From contig CATNEN010000039.1 in the NCBI GenBank assembly GCA_950097015.1, forward strand, positions 12,834,001-12,898,000: a DNA stretch of 64,000 nt. The letters run 5' to 3'. The notes beneath the pieces are model-generated. The model was not told the origin of the DNA and did no database searches. It saw only the letters and a program-made list of their open reading frames with translations. The position numbers and the translations under genes were made by a program. This DNA comes from Macrostomum hystrix (lineage: Eukaryota > Animalia > Platyhelminthes). Shown here piece by piece: positions 22,331 through 36,395 of the stretch; position 1 is the first letter of the stretch, and the number at the start of each line of letters is the position of its first letter.

Positions 22331-24515
22331 GTGTTGGCTGCACATCTGGCCTAATTGGGGCAGTTGTAATCAATTATTAATTAATATTATAGCTATTGTA
22401 GCAAACTATGATTAAGTCAGTTCCTTTCTTAGCCACTTTATTTCTCGAGTCTTGAAAAGAACTTTTAAAAGGAACTTTGAGGAATACTTTGAGGAAAGAA
22501 GTGTAACATTTAATTAGTTTATGGCAAAAACAACCCAACTGGGAGTCAAATTAAAGTACTAAGAATTGATCTCATACCATCATTAGGTATACAAGAAATA
22601 TATAAGGCACTTGTATTCCTTTGCTTTCAACTAAATGTCACATATTTTTGTTGGTTCAAAGAGATAATCTTGTCATCTTCTTTTTGCTTTGAAGTATGGA
22701 TACTTGCTAGTAATTATTGTTTATCATTTACTATACTCATTGACATACATGCGCAACCTCCCAAATCTTAGCCGGCCGTGCGACTTAGTTTTTGCTCTCA
22801 TTTGCAACTTAGTTTGCTCTCATTTGCTCATTTTTTCTCTCCCCTTTTTTATTTTCTTCACGCCTTCCTTTTTTGTCCCTTGGTCCCCCCTTTGATTTTT
22901 TTGCGCTTGGTCAATTGGTTTTTGCGACTTACCTTGCTTGGCCCTTGTTTCACCCGGCCGGTTCGGCTGGGTCAGCCAGGTGTTGTATGCTCATAGAGGG
23001 AATAAATTTTGTTATGCAATAGAGACTTTTGTTATGCAATGGCTGTGACTGAGGGCACATTGGTATTTGGTTAGGATTTAAAGTTAGTTGTGACTAAAGA
23101 AAAGCTGGAAGCTATTTTTAATATTATAAATTTGACAACAAAAATTGTTTTCCTTGTTATTAATAGAATAACAGTTCAAAATGTCATTCAGCTTCACACA
23201 GTGTGAAAAATAAAATGTGACAATTTTGTGTAGTGTAGTCAAGTGGGAGTGGGGTTTGTTTGAAAAGTTAAATTCTATTTAAATACAGCAATTGCTTGTA
23301 TGTATTATTACAACATAAAATAACATACAGCTCAAATATAATATCCCACAATAATGAAAATGATAAGAAACTAATTGAGGCCTAATACAGAAAACAGACT
23401 TTCAAAGCAAAAAACAATTAAAAAGAGTTAAGATAAACTGCCAATGTCACACCATAGTTCGGATCATGTAGTTTACGCCAGAAATTTCCAGCATACATTT
23501 GTGCAGTTGGTATATATCGGTGTACACTCGGCGTGCACAAGCTTCCAATTGGCATACTCCACATGTATGCAAAAAGGTGCTTTGCATTTATGTTCCCATC
23601 ATGTCCACATCCGCGTGCAGTAGCACATGGGAGAATGTCAGAGTGGCAAAAATATACTGACAATAAATTGAAATAAAAAAACTAGTTGGCTAAAGTCTAA
23701 CTAAGCCGCTCTAAGCACTAAAGCTGAAATTTCCCACTTTCATCTAATAGTGATTCAAAACTTTCAAAAATTGTGCAGCTTCAAACAAACTCCTAACAAA
23801 CATTCAAACAAAGTTCAGCATTTTTTTATAAAAATGTATTTCTTCACGAGCTTCTAAGAGCCCAATTGTCTAAAAAAGATTGGACAGTAGTTTTGTTTCA
23901 ATATAAACTATAGTGCCTTGAATGAGAACAAAATTTTAACTAAAAATTCTTAGTCTAAATTGATGTGCAAAAGCACTTTTTGGCGTGCGTCAGAGTGCAA
24001 ATGAAACTTCTCCCTTCTTCATTCCGGCGTGCACCCAGCATGATCCGGACCATGGATGTCACATTTGTGTTAGTAAATGAAAAGTAAAAAATTGATAATT
24101 TAGCTTGCCCAACCAAAGCTGAAGCAGCCTTGCATGAAAAAAAGAAATATAGAAGGGATAAAAAGGAGTGTAGACCAGTAAAACTTAAAAAACAATCTAT
24201 AAATTATATAGATGACAAATTGTCCACAAATCTAAGTCACTTTTTTATCCTCCATCTTCCACATAGACCACACTCTGAGATCCTGGATAGACAAGACAGT
24301 TTGTCATCTGGATGACCAAGTTGCAAGATGACTAATGTCAAGATACCCATTTTTTTAGCTCCTTCTTTTTTGCTTTAGACATAGCCACAAACTACCATGT
24401 CATTAAAAAAGTTTATTGCTAGCTATCATTTTATCATTTTGCCAAGCATTTACTTATGGTAGCTAGTTATCTTTCATAAAAATTAAACCTACAAAACTAG
24501 AGGATTGCCTATGCC

Positions 24516-24859
24516 GGTCCCAGGTCATTTCGGTGACAAGACATTTCAGTAACATTGTTTCGGTGACAAAATGGGTCAGTTTGGTGACAACTATTCTTGC
24601 ACCTGAATATGCTTAGGAAACAGCCTTCCAGTTCCATGTGCTTAGAAAACAGCCTTCCATGTGAACTACGCACACCTATTAAGTATTATTAAATAATGAT
24701 GAATAATAATGATTAGTTCACATGGAAGGCTGTTTTCTAAGCATATTCAGGTGCAAGAATAGTTGTCACCAAACTGACCAATTCTGTCACCGAAACGACT
24801 TGAGTTGTCACCGAAATGACTGTCACCGAAATGTCTTGTCACCGAAATGACCTGGGACC
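24516..24859. mobile_element. Palindromic (foldback) MITE-like element
   Basis: ggtcccaggtcatttcggtgacaagacatttc...gaaatgtcttgtcaccgaaatgacctgggacc; inverted complementarity runs almost to an AT-rich centre at ~24690. Confidence 0.8.
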
Positions 24860-26419
24860 CCTCTGCCTATAATAAGTAGATAATATCATAAGCAAATAAT
24901 ATGAGCTATAAATTATGATCTTTTGGACTTTAATTTACCAGACATGTAGCTAGCTAGTCTTAGTAGTTTGTCTGCTAGAATATAACTATGGTGTTTTGTC
25001 TGTTGTTTGTTCCTTACAAGATCATTAATCACCATTGTTAAGGTTATTAATCTGCTTTTGTATTGTTGTTATCATAAAAAGGGAATAGACAATAGATAAT
25101 TAGATAATTTATTATTTACATTTTTTTTATAATTATATATGAGCATAACGTATACATTCATTTCGTCTGCAAGAATACGAAAAGGCAGCGGACGATTAGA
25201 CGTAACAAAACGACCGTACACCTGAAAGTATTAGCTGGCTTGTCATCGTTAGCTGTACCAGGCTTTTTTTACAAATCTGATCTGTGTGTATAATTATAGC
25301 CTAACTAAGGGTCAGCTGTAGGCGTAGCAGATTTAATTTTAAAAAACGTGGCCGCTGTCTGCAACAAGTGACATTGAGTAGAGTCGTAGAGACAAAAATA
25401 AAATAGACAGAAGTTCTAGGAAAGCAAGATTTTTTTAAAGTTTGTAGTCTCTATAGTTTAACAAATATTGGTTAAACTTGACAGGAAAAAACGAATGCAT
25501 CTATTGAAATGCATATGAGTTAATTAGTTAAATTTGATATAACTCTAAATTTTTATATCAATATAAAAATGCTTAGTCCCGCACAATTACATCACGACAC
25601 AGAATTGTTTAAGACATTATAAACTCGTCCTCAAAGTCAGCACAAGCCACTATATAGTATAAAACTATTATATTCGTTTGAAATTTCGGCTCGCGGAGCA
25701 AAAAATTAATGCAGGTTATATTAGCTGTCACTTTTTTAAAAGGATTGAACCATCGGAGACATTAAATGATATGATGGCTTAAAGTTATTCTCTGCACTCA
25801 ACTGCCTGAAAATGACCACTTGCTTTATTGTTTACAGACAGAAGGTTTCTAATGCGTTTTAAAAGCTCGCTAACCAATACATGTTCTTTGAATATTTATT
25901 TTATTTGACATGAAACCATTTTATTATTGTTTCTGTATGTATCGCTAGTTCGTTTTTTGCCTTGAATCTCAGTGAGGTGGGTTGACCGTAAGTTAGATCT
26001 ATCTGAAAGGCGCAAATAAATATCGATATTTCGCGACTCTGGTTAGTCAGATGCTGCCCAGCTGCAGCAGTACATGCAGTGCAGCCAGGATACACTATAT
26101 GCAGATCAATCAACGTTAAGGCCATTTATTAATCAACAGCTCAGGCGTGATGTATAGGAGGAGGTCTTCTGGGAATTTGCTGATCGAGTCACTCACTGTT
26201 CAGTGACAGTTAGGGTATCCGAACTGTATTGCTAGACATCATTTTACAGCCAGAAAGTGAGCCACTTGCATAATCACGGTAATGCTGATTGTAAATGTCA
26301 CCGCTACTTTGATTCAGTTCAGAAAGGGACATTCCTGAGCGCTAACAAAATCACTGGAAATGAGACGATGAACTTGATGACATCAGACTTGTTTACATCT
26401 CTTCAAAAGTTCCCTTCCG

Positions 26420-27022
26420 TTGGTCTACAAGAGTTTTCTTCCGTAGATCTCAGAGAGTTCCTTTCCGTAGATCTCTCTCCGAGAGTTTCCTTCCGAAGAC
26501 CTCTGACAGTTTCCTTCCGAAGACCCCTGACAGTAATTCCTTCCGAAGACCCCTGACTGTAATTCCTTACGAAGACCTCTGACAGTAATTCCTTACGAAG
26601 ACCTCTGACAGTAATTCCTTACGAAGACCTCTGACAGTAATTCCTTCCGAAGACCTCTGACAAGTAATTCCTTCCGAAGACCTCTGACAGTTCCCTTCCG
26701 AAGACCTCTGACAGTTCTCTTCCGTTTATCTTTCTCCAAGAGTTTCTTTCCGTAGATCTCTTTCCGAGAGTTCCCTTCCATAGATCTCAGAGAGTCCCCT
26801 TCCGTAGATCTCTCCGAGAGTTCCCTTCCGTAGATCTCTCCGAGAGTTCCCTTCCGTAGATCTCTCCGAGAGTTCCCTTCCATAGATCTCCGAGAGTTCC
26901 CTTCCATAGATCTCTGACAGTTTCCTTCCGTAGATCGCCGACAGTTCCCGTCCGTAGATCTCTCCGAGAGTTCCCTTCCGAAGATCTCTCTGAGAGTTCC
27001 CTTCCGTCGATTTCTCTCCGAG
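26420..27022. repeat. Degenerate ~25-bp tandem repeat
   Basis: ttcccttccgtagatctctccgagag / ttccttccgaagacctctgacagt variants. Confidence 0.85.
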
Positions 27023-27969
27023 AGGTACGTCTAGAAAGAAGAATGACTATAAAATGGTACGTCGTTAAAAATCAATTTATTTTTCAGTATTGCATGTAGC
27101 AGTCTATCGGATTCTGTCAGTAAAAGATGCTGAACAAAATTGCGAAAATTTAACAGGCGATGTCTAAGCTAGCGCGATATCTCTTATCTATCAAAGGGAT
27201 GTAATTCTCTTTGTAGCTTCTCCTTAAAGCCCGTCTGCTTTCCGCTTAAAAAAAGATTAAAACATGAATGTCAAATTTATTGCTATTAACCTGAAGCAGG
27301 CGTAGGAGACACACAGCAAAGCAGGGTACTAATAAGCCGGCGACACCTGCGCAGTGCAACATGTAGCATGCACTGAATTCAAGGCAGGAAAAAATAAATC
27401 ACTTTCGCGATGATTATTGTGCCACACTTCAATTGATTCTCGGACACCTGGATTTACTAGGCGAGAGAGAGTTTGACCATCGTCCAATATCATATCGCAT
27501 CCTCCGTTAAGCGCATCCTGCCGAAGGGATGAAAGGGATTAACGGAAATCCTGCAATCCTCATCCCCATTATATGGGAATAGAACCCTGCTCGGGATTAT
27601 ATGCAGTGATATTACATACGGGAGCTCAGCTCTCTCGCTGCTCTTCCGTCCGTCTCAACAAGCTCAGCCTCCATTTATTTCTCTACCCTTTCGCGACCTG
27701 CCCGTCTGCCCCTGTGCTCATGCCTCACTCCTTGGTCTGACTAAATCCCAGCCAGCTCACCCCAATGCCGTCCTAGATTCTCCCAAAGTCAACGCATAAA
27801 AAAGGCCGGAGTCGTCGTATCATAGTCCTCCCCACTCCACTTTTCTCTTTTTCTCTCTTCTTTTTATTGAAAGTTCAAATTAACGTTTCATATAATTAAG
27901 CAAGCATGCAATGATATTTTATCACTCCAAGCTGGAAGGCACCTTGATTAAGAGTCGTAATTCGGGATT

Positions 27970-28705
27970 CGGGTGGCGCCAACGAGGATTTTGAAGGGTG
28001 GCGCCAACGGGGATTTTGAAGGGTGGCGCCAACGAGGATTTTGAAGGGAGGCGCCAACGGGGATTCTGAAGGGTGGCGCCAACGGGGATTCTGAAGGGTG
28101 GCGCCAACGAGGATTCTGAAGGGTGGCGCCAACGGGGATTTTGAAGGGTGGCGCCAACGAGGATTTTGAAGGGTGGCGCCAACGGGGATTTTGAAGGGTG
28201 GCGCCAACGAGGATTCTGAAGGGTGGCGCCAACGAGGATTTTGAAGGGTGGTGCCAACGAGGATTTTGAAGTGTGGTGCCAACGAGGATTTTGAAGGGTG
28301 GCGCCAACGAGGATTTTGAAGGGTGGTGCCAACGAGGATTTTGAAGGGTGGCGCCAACGAGGATTTTGAAGAGTGGCGCCAACGAGGATTTTGAAGGGTG
28401 GCGCCAACGGGGATTTTGAAGGGTGGCGCCAACGAGGATTCTGAAGGGTGGCGCCAACGAGGATTTTGAAGGGTGGTGCCAACGAGGATTTTGAAGTGTG
28501 GTGCCAACGAGGATTTTGAAGGGTGGTGCCAACGAGGATTTTGAAGTGTGGTGCCAATGAGGATTTTGAAGTGTGGTGCCAACGAGGATTTAGGGTTGGC
28601 GCCAACGAGGATTTTGAAGGGTGGCGCCAACGTGGATTTTGAAGGGTGGCGCCAACGGGGATTCTGAAGGGTGGCGCCAACGTGGATTTTGAAGGTTGGC
28701 GCCAC
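27970..28705. repeat. 26-bp tandem repeat, ~28 copies
   Basis: Unit gggtggcgccaacgaggattttgaa-like. Confidence 0.95.
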
Positions 28706-29539
28706 TGGTGATTTAGGATATGAGATAACTTTAGTGTTTAGCCCCAAATCCTTTTCTAACAACTCTAAAAGGCCATATAGATTACGTACAATGCAGCAAA
28801 GTATACTCTGTTAACTCACAACACTCAATTTAATAATAATTGTTTCCTTATAACTTAATTTTTGATGTGGAGTCAGCGGACAAATTCTAAAAAGTAAACA
28901 AAATAAAACTATTGAGATGGGGTGTTATAAAGTACATGTAAACTAAAGGCAGACTTACACTTATTAACTCAAACTTATTCTCGGTACGACAACCTATTAT
29001 GGCCGGCTGCATCGAAAGGTATGAGCGCCACTATACGCTCGTAGCTGTTACTCACTCTGCTCACTCTGCTCCGCTAGACCTCATCCTAGACTATTTTGCT
29101 AGCTGCGTACGCATTAGACCTGGGGACTAGGAAAGTTACTCGAACAGCCCCGACCCCCTGCAGCTCCTAAAATGAGCTCGTACTCTCCTTTCCCTCTAGT
29201 TTAGAATGCGAGTACGGCCGCACCGGGTTCAGAATTCTCGCAAAACTCAGTCAGCAGCTCCTATAGCATCAGCCAATCCTGACCAAGAAGGTGGGGTTGG
29301 TAGACATTTCTTAGCTAAGACTGAGGAGAGTGGCCCAAGACCGGTAACTTGGCCTGGTGGGAGATGTTTTAGTTTTACGCCAAGCCCATGGACGCCGCCT
29401 CTTTTTTTCAGGAGCTTCGAAAAATAGCGTCGCTTTAGAAAAATCCCATTTTTCTAGCCCTGAATATCAGGTAAGAGATCTAAATTCTGATAACTTCTCT
29501 AGGACAGGGTCCCCAACCGGTCCTCAAAATATATTTTCT

Positions 29540-30505
29540 CTGCCGCGTCTGATCTCTCCCGCGTCTCATCTCTCCCGTGTCTCATCTCTCCCGCGTCTCA
29601 TCTCTCCCGTGTCTCATCTCTCGCGTTTCCTAACTCTCCTGCTTAATCTCTCCAGTGCTTAATCTCTCCAGTTTTCAATCTCTCCAGTGCTTAATCTCTC
29701 CAGTGCGTAATCTCTCCAGTTCTTAATCTCTCCAGTTCTTAATCTCTCCAGTGCGTAATCTCTCCAGTGCTTAATCTCTCCAGTTCTTAATCTCTCCAGT
29801 GCTTAATCTCTCCAGTGCTTAATCTCTGCAGTGCTTAATCTCTCCAGTGCTTAATCTCTCCACTGCTTAATCTCTCAAGAATTTAATATTTCCACTGTCT
29901 TATCTCTCCCGTGTCTCATCTCTCCCGTATCTCATCTCTCTCGTGTCTCAACTCTCCCGTGTCTCATCTCTCTCGTGTCTCATCTCTCTCGTGTCTCATC
30001 TCTCTCGTGTCTCATCTCTCTCGTGTCTCATCCCTCTCGTGTCTTATCTCTCCCGTGTCTCATCTCTCCCGTGTCTCATCTCTCTCGTGTCTCATCTCTC
30101 CCGTGTCTCATCTCTCTCGTGTCTCATCTCTCTCGTGTCTCATCCCTCTCGTGTCTTATCTCTCCCGTGTCTCATCTCTCCCGTGTCTCATCTCTCTCGT
30201 GTCTCATCTCTCTCGTGTCTCATCTCTCTCGTGTCTCATCTCTCTCGTGTCTCATCTCTCTCGTGTCTCATCCCTCTCGTGTCTTATCTCTCCCGTGTCT
30301 CATCTCTCCCGTGTCTCATATCTCTCGTGTCTCATCTCTCTCGTGTCTCATCTCTCTCGTGTCTCAACTCTCCCGTGGCTCATCTCTCTCGTGTCTCATC
30401 TCTCTCGTGTCTCATCTCTCTCGTGTCTCATCTCTCTCGTGTCTCATCTCTCTCGTGTCTTATCTCTCCCGTGTCTCATCTCTCCCGTGTCTTATCTCTC
30501 TCGAC
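29540..30505. repeat. Compound 16-bp satellite: (gtgtctcatctctcyc)n interrupted by (cttaatctctccagtg)n
   Basis: Direct reading of units; both sub-arrays share the atctctcc core. Confidence 0.93.
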
Positions 30506-31458
30506 CGTAACTCAACTCTCTCCCATTGCCATTTAGAATTTAGTAGGGTGTGGAAACCTTTAGAACGAATATGGACTGGTGGACTGAACGCCATGTGGAA
30601 TTTAGCTACGGCCGTACCCGAAGCCGCTTGTAAAAATCACATTCGAATTCCTATGTCGCGCTACATTTGACCAGCAGGCCGCTAAAATGCTATTTTTTCA
30701 TTATACGATGTTTGCTTAGCAAGCTGGGACAAGAATTGACCACTTGCTTCCGCTGCCACTCCCCAGTTTCACTAACGCACACACCAACCTGTCAGCCAAC
30801 CTGCGACAATGATAGGCTCAGAGAACAAAACCTCGCAACCTTATTCTGCATTTCGCTGCAAAACAAGATGCAAGACAAGACTTGTACCTGAAATGGCGTG
30901 GGCATCGCTTATTTTGGTGAAACACCGGATGCTACATAAGATAAACACAATCATTAGCTAGGAGATCTAACGATGGATATTCTAGTTTTAGATTAGCTAA
31001 TTATCTTTTAGTTGAGATTCGAATTCAAAGACACACACGGATGAGACAGATCGACAGCTGACTGGACCAAAGCGGGGATTAAAGTAAAAACATAAAAAAA
31101 CTCTGCAGGAATGTCCGGATCTGTGCGCCTAAACCAAAGCTTCATCTTGAGGATGCAGCGAGCTGCCGCAGTCACTCGCCGGATGAGTAAAACCACGTGT
31201 GAGCACTTCTGATCAGTTCATTTTGTGAACTGGCTGGCCTCGTAAAACTATTCAACGATAACAAAATACCTTTACATCAGGTGTGGCGGTCGGAAGGATC
31301 ATTGTAAGAAGAAAATGGACTATCGCCACCTTGGTAGTCATTAGAATGGTCACCTGGGTGGGTGAGTGTTGAACTTTGTCTAATGCTTGTTTCACAGTTG
31401 ACATGTGCACTTGTGATCATATTTCCATAATTTCATTGTCTATAATTTGCCTTTGCAG

Positions 31459-32672
31459 TAGTACCAGATGACTGGGGACCACTCGATCTGATGAAGACGA
31501 TTCTAGACAATCGAGACGCCAAATTTGAAGGGCCAGACGGTAAGCCTTGGAAGCGGCTACTCGAAAAATGTCCGTCAAATACAACTTGCATTCACTTGGC
31601 GACGCATCGCTTTGGCAGCACTAGCAATTGGGACTCAGTCATGGCACGTCAGTTGCATCCGAGTTGCTCCAGCGACTGTCAGTTGGTTTCGGATCCGATG
31701 GAAGCTCACGCGATGATGTTCCACATTTTTGACGTGCCCAGCAGGCAACGCTTGAGACGAATGCACGCCACTAGGAGAGCAGGGCAGATGTGGATTATGT
31801 ACAACATTGAGCCTCCGATTCACGTGTCCACTAGCAAGTGCTACTACACATGCGACTATTTGTATCCGTTCGCGTCGGTTGTCGCAAGCCTGAAGGAGCT
31901 GTTTCTACCCTCTTATCTGCTCAGGGGGTATCCGGACACTACTGAGGAGGCTGGATTCTTCAACTGGACCATGACATACAGGAGGGACTCCACATTCTAC
32001 GCTCCGTACGCTTCCTTTGGCCCTATTGCTGGTGGAGTCACAGTTGCAACGCCATCGCCAACTCAGCTGGTGTCAAAGAAGAAGTACCTGATATTTGCCG
32101 CCGTCTCAAATTGTCATCCGTACAACCTCAGAGAGGAGATTCTGAGAGAGCTTGAGTCCGTGATGGAACTGCACGTCTACGGCCGCTGCGGATCGAGACG
32201 CATGGCACCAGGCGAGAGCACCGTCAGCGTCTCTGAAAAGTACTATTTTTACCTCAGCTTCGAGAACTCATTCTGCAAAGACTATATAACGGAGAAATTT
32301 TTCGTCACTGGTCTAATTGGTCATGCTGTGCCGGTCGTTTTCGGCGGCATGTCCAAGGAAGAGTACGAGGCTGTGGCACCTCCGAGATCGTTCATATACT
32401 ACGGTGACTTTTCAACAGCCTCGGCTCTTGCTGAGCACCTGAGATCGCTGTCTTCGAATCCGGCTGAGTACGCACGTTACAAAAATTGGCGAGCTACTCA
32501 CACCATGCTGTATGCGGAGAACTCAGTGGAGAAAAATCCCTTTTGTTCAATCTGTCGGAAGCTAAAATCGAACTCGAAACAGGTGACAAAGTTGGACCTT
32601 AATCGATTCTACAACACAGGCGTCGAGTGTAGGGCTCCACAATATTGGCCTTTCCATCGCGATAGTTATTAG
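31459..32672 (+). CDS. Alpha-1,3-fucosyltransferase (GT10), main exon; 5' exon(s) uncertain
   Basis: FNWTMTYRRDS, AAVSNC, VYGRCG, YYFYLSFENSFCKDYITEKF, VPVVFG, PPRSFI. Acceptor ctttgcag at 31458 is in frame with a candidate hydrophobic upstream exon ~31281-31361. Confidence 0.9.
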
Positions 32673-34610
32673 TTAAATAGAACACTGCACAGCTTCCGGG
32701 GGCAGTTTCCGGTGCATTTTTGCGTTACTTTACTTTTGGTTGAACTATATCAACATGTCACATGTTGGTACAATCGCTGGCTGTTTAGTAACTCCACATT
32801 TTATTGAATTTTCGAATGTTCTATACACTGTGACGATCGAGACTTCCCTGAATTTAGCAGTATTTTTTGCTAAGTTGTCTTATAAACGAGGCGAGTATCT
32901 TTGACCGTGACAAGCTTTGCAGTCGCAGTTAGCTGCAGGTCAATCTGGATATTCGACCTTAAAGTATCCAGGCAATCACATTATGCTACTATTATGTTAT
33001 TTTTGCATGACATCGTTTTGACAGACGTTTCGCAGCATTCTAGCTGTAGGAGATCATTCTTTTAAGTTATTGCAGATTTTTTTGACTCCCAAAATAAAGT
33101 TGAAAAGCCAATGTTCCTCTCGGAGTCTTGTGGTTCCAAAGCAAAAACGTTTCCTTTTCTGTGTTTAAGTTTAATAAAACTTCAATATTATGGCTGATAT
33201 TTTTGTTTGAAAGGGTCAATATTTTTACTCGCTGTCTAAAAAATAAACTTCGCCACAAGCCTAGAACACTTAGGTAAATGGATGTTGTCAATAAAAGAGA
33301 AAGCTTAGAAGGCCTGGCTCTAGCCCTTAGGAGCTCGAGAGATTTCTGATTGGACCTTTTGCTAGTGCTAAGGAGAAAATGTCCGGTTGTTGCTAATGGG
33401 ACGACTAATTCTCACATCTGCTCTAGCTCTTGTCTGTCACTTCAGGTTCGACAAAACTTGCAGATCTACGCGGAGGAGGGATGCAGGTAATATTCAATTT
33501 TACAACAAGGACACTGGGGAGCTGGCCTAGATTTGCCGAGCTGTCTGTTTTTATCTGTGTTGAGATGTCGAGTCTGTAATCTGCAAAGGATTTACTTCCG
33601 CCTCCACACTCAGTCGATTCGATCCCTCTCGCTCTAACGCAATGCTTGGCAGCAAAGGCGAGCGAGATATGAAATCGAATTACCGGGCCTCAGGCACATG
33701 CACAGCTACATGTAGTGGCTATTCTATCATTTGCTTGAAGTCGTCTATGGTTCGCTTCCTCTGCCTCTACTGACGTCCTCTGGGACGTCTACTTTCATAT
33801 ATTGGGGAAAGCTTGGTAGATGATTTAGATTCGATGTGACTCGATTCCTCAGTCGTCAGGAAGTATTGCAAGATCAAATGCAATGGAGCTTCTTTCTGAA
33901 TTTAATAATCGTCTATGGGTCTAACCGAGCTGCAATTAAATATATACATTTTTGCCAGTGCCATGACTTTTTTTGCTCGGCGGGCAGAAAATCGTGCCCA
34001 TTAATGACCATAGACTGATTAATAGCCGGTTATATTTTTCTTGGCAGATAACAGCCTGAGAAAAGGCCTCTTCCAATAGGGAAATGCTTCTGAGGCAAAA
34101 AATGTCTATGGTACATGCTTCTAACCTTCTCTCTGATTCTAACTCCCCACTTGAAATCGTTGTCTATGGCTTAGAACGGTCTTCCCTCCCTTCTCTCCCA
34201 TCTGTTCTAGGCCAAGAAAAATTATTTAAGTGTGGATCCTCAACTTTTACTTCGCGTGAACATGCTGCGGTCGTTAGAATTTCTAGATCATATAAGCTTT
34301 TTCCTAGACTTGAAGCATAAATATTAGTTAAAATTTAAGATCACTGGTGATAAAGAAAGCTTCACAGCCGCATTAACTGCCTTACGATGAAATATCATGT
34401 TTTAAAAGACTTTGTGAAAATGTTTTTCCTAAGAGTAAGAATTCAGTACTGCGTTTATAATGAGATAATTGAATAAAGGAATGTCAGGATTATTTATTTG
34501 AATTATAAATTTAAAGCTCGGAGCCCAAAATAACTGATAGCTTATTTCATATGCTCCTATTATATTTAAGAATGGTGCTCCCGTCCTAACAATACTACTT
34601 CCAGCTGCAG

Positions 34611-34912
34611 TAATGTCACTCAGTACCAATGTCACTCAGTACCAATGTCACTCAGTACCAATGTCACTCAGTACCAATGTCACTCAGTACCAATGTCACT
34701 CAGTACCAATGTCACTCAGTACCAATGTCACTCAGTACCAATGTCACTCAGTACCAATGTCACTCAGTACCAATGTCACTCAGTACCAATGTCACTCAGT
34801 ACCAATGTCACTCAGTACCAATGTCACTCAGTACCAATGTCACTCAGTACCAATGTCACTCAGTACCAATGTCACTCAGTACCAATGTCACTCAGTACCA
34901 ATGTCACTCAGT
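34611..34912. repeat. 16-bp perfect tandem repeat, ~19 copies
   Basis: (aatgtcactcagtacc)n. Confidence 0.97.
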
Positions 34913-35299
34913 AGAGCCTATTGTTTTTTTTCAGTTAGCGATCCGATCATTTTGCGATTTTAGAATTTCTGGTTTGTAATATGTCGTGGTTACTAAACGA
35001 TTACCTAAATATTTTATAGTACGAGCACTTTAAAACAACAATGAGTTTTTAATAAAAAAACTGCTGTTTTTTCAATTAATTTACTTCGCTAATAAGTGGG
35101 TTTTCGTCTACAGACTAATAAAAGGCAGTAAATGAAAAAGCAACATGATTAAAAATAATTTTTATTATGTCGCTAATCAGGTGGGAATGATGAGGTAGGA
35201 AATTCAACTTAAGCAGTTTATTTGCAAAAAAACGCCTCTAATTGACCGGCTTACGGCACGCCAGAGATCGCCTGATTCAACCTGAGTCGAACTAAAAGT

Positions 35300-36060
35300 C
35301 AGACTGAAACAATCCAGTTCAGCCAGCCAAAACCACACGCCGCGTGCAGCAAAGGTCAACCGCATCAACTGCCGAGGACGACGGCAGCACCAGCAGCGAC
35401 GAGGACGGCGAGGCGAAGCCGGACCAGGCGAGCGATCTCGGGGGTGGCGACGCCTGGACCAGAGGATCGCCCGACAAGAGAAGCTGCCCCGCCTGAGAAC
35501 ACTTCAGCGCCAAACTGCTGAGATCGAAGCCGAGCTTGGAACGGACGGCCAGTGCAGGCAGAGTGGTAAGTCGACTAGCTCGATGCTGTTTAAACGAACT
35601 CTCAGTGCTCACGAGCCGGAGCAGCACCTGCCAGCGTCAGACTGGGAAGTCCTCGGGCAGCTACACCGAGCTAGCCGCCACTCCCGAGGCCTCTGCTGGG
35701 GAGGGACTTCATCGATCGTGACTGTGAGTAGCCTGCGACACACTCACACACTCAGTGAAGGCTAGAGCTCGGAGTGAGAACATCACGGCCGGACAGTGGG
35801 TAGCAGGCAGCGGCCGCATCCTGCTGGGACTTCTTAACGACGGTGTTCTCTGAGACCCAATGAGAAACATGACTGTGGACTTAAGTGAGTTGAAGGCCTA
35901 TGTGCGGTACTGCGTACACTTCGGTGAGTTCATGCATCAGAGCTTCAGCCAGGCCGCCCACAACGACTACGACGAATACTTCAGGATCCTGCAGCACCAG
36001 ACCAGCGGCAGCTGGGAGCGGAAGTCACTGCAGCTGCTGTCCTGGCGCTAAAATCCAATC
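35300..36060 (+). mobile_element. Decayed GC-rich coding remnant, possibly DIRS/Ngaro gag-like
   Basis: Broken frames ITAGQWVAGSGRILL and ELKAYVRY...NDYDEYFRILQ...GSW resemble the YDxxFR motif of YR-retrotransposon ORF1. Confidence 0.4.
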
Positions 36061-36395
36061 CAGCTGGCAGTTCAGCCTATTCGCGACCTGGCTTCAAGTT
36101 CAGAAAACTGAGACAACAGGCAAGTGCTTCGTCGGCCCAACCGACCCCTTTGGTAATCAAAATTTGATTTGTGCAGCAATCAAAACACGGTGTTGGTTTG
36201 TGGCCATCAGCACTAACAATTCGTAAACAGTTAATTGTTGCGGTGTTTATGTAAAGTAAAACTGAATACAACAACTTTAAAGTGCAAGCAGCTAAGGGTT
36301 GTGTGGGCGTCAGGCCTTAAAAGGAATTGCGTTAGGAATACGACTTTTGCATTTAGGGTAAGAAATGAAGTGAAATGAAATGCTTCCTCGATGAA

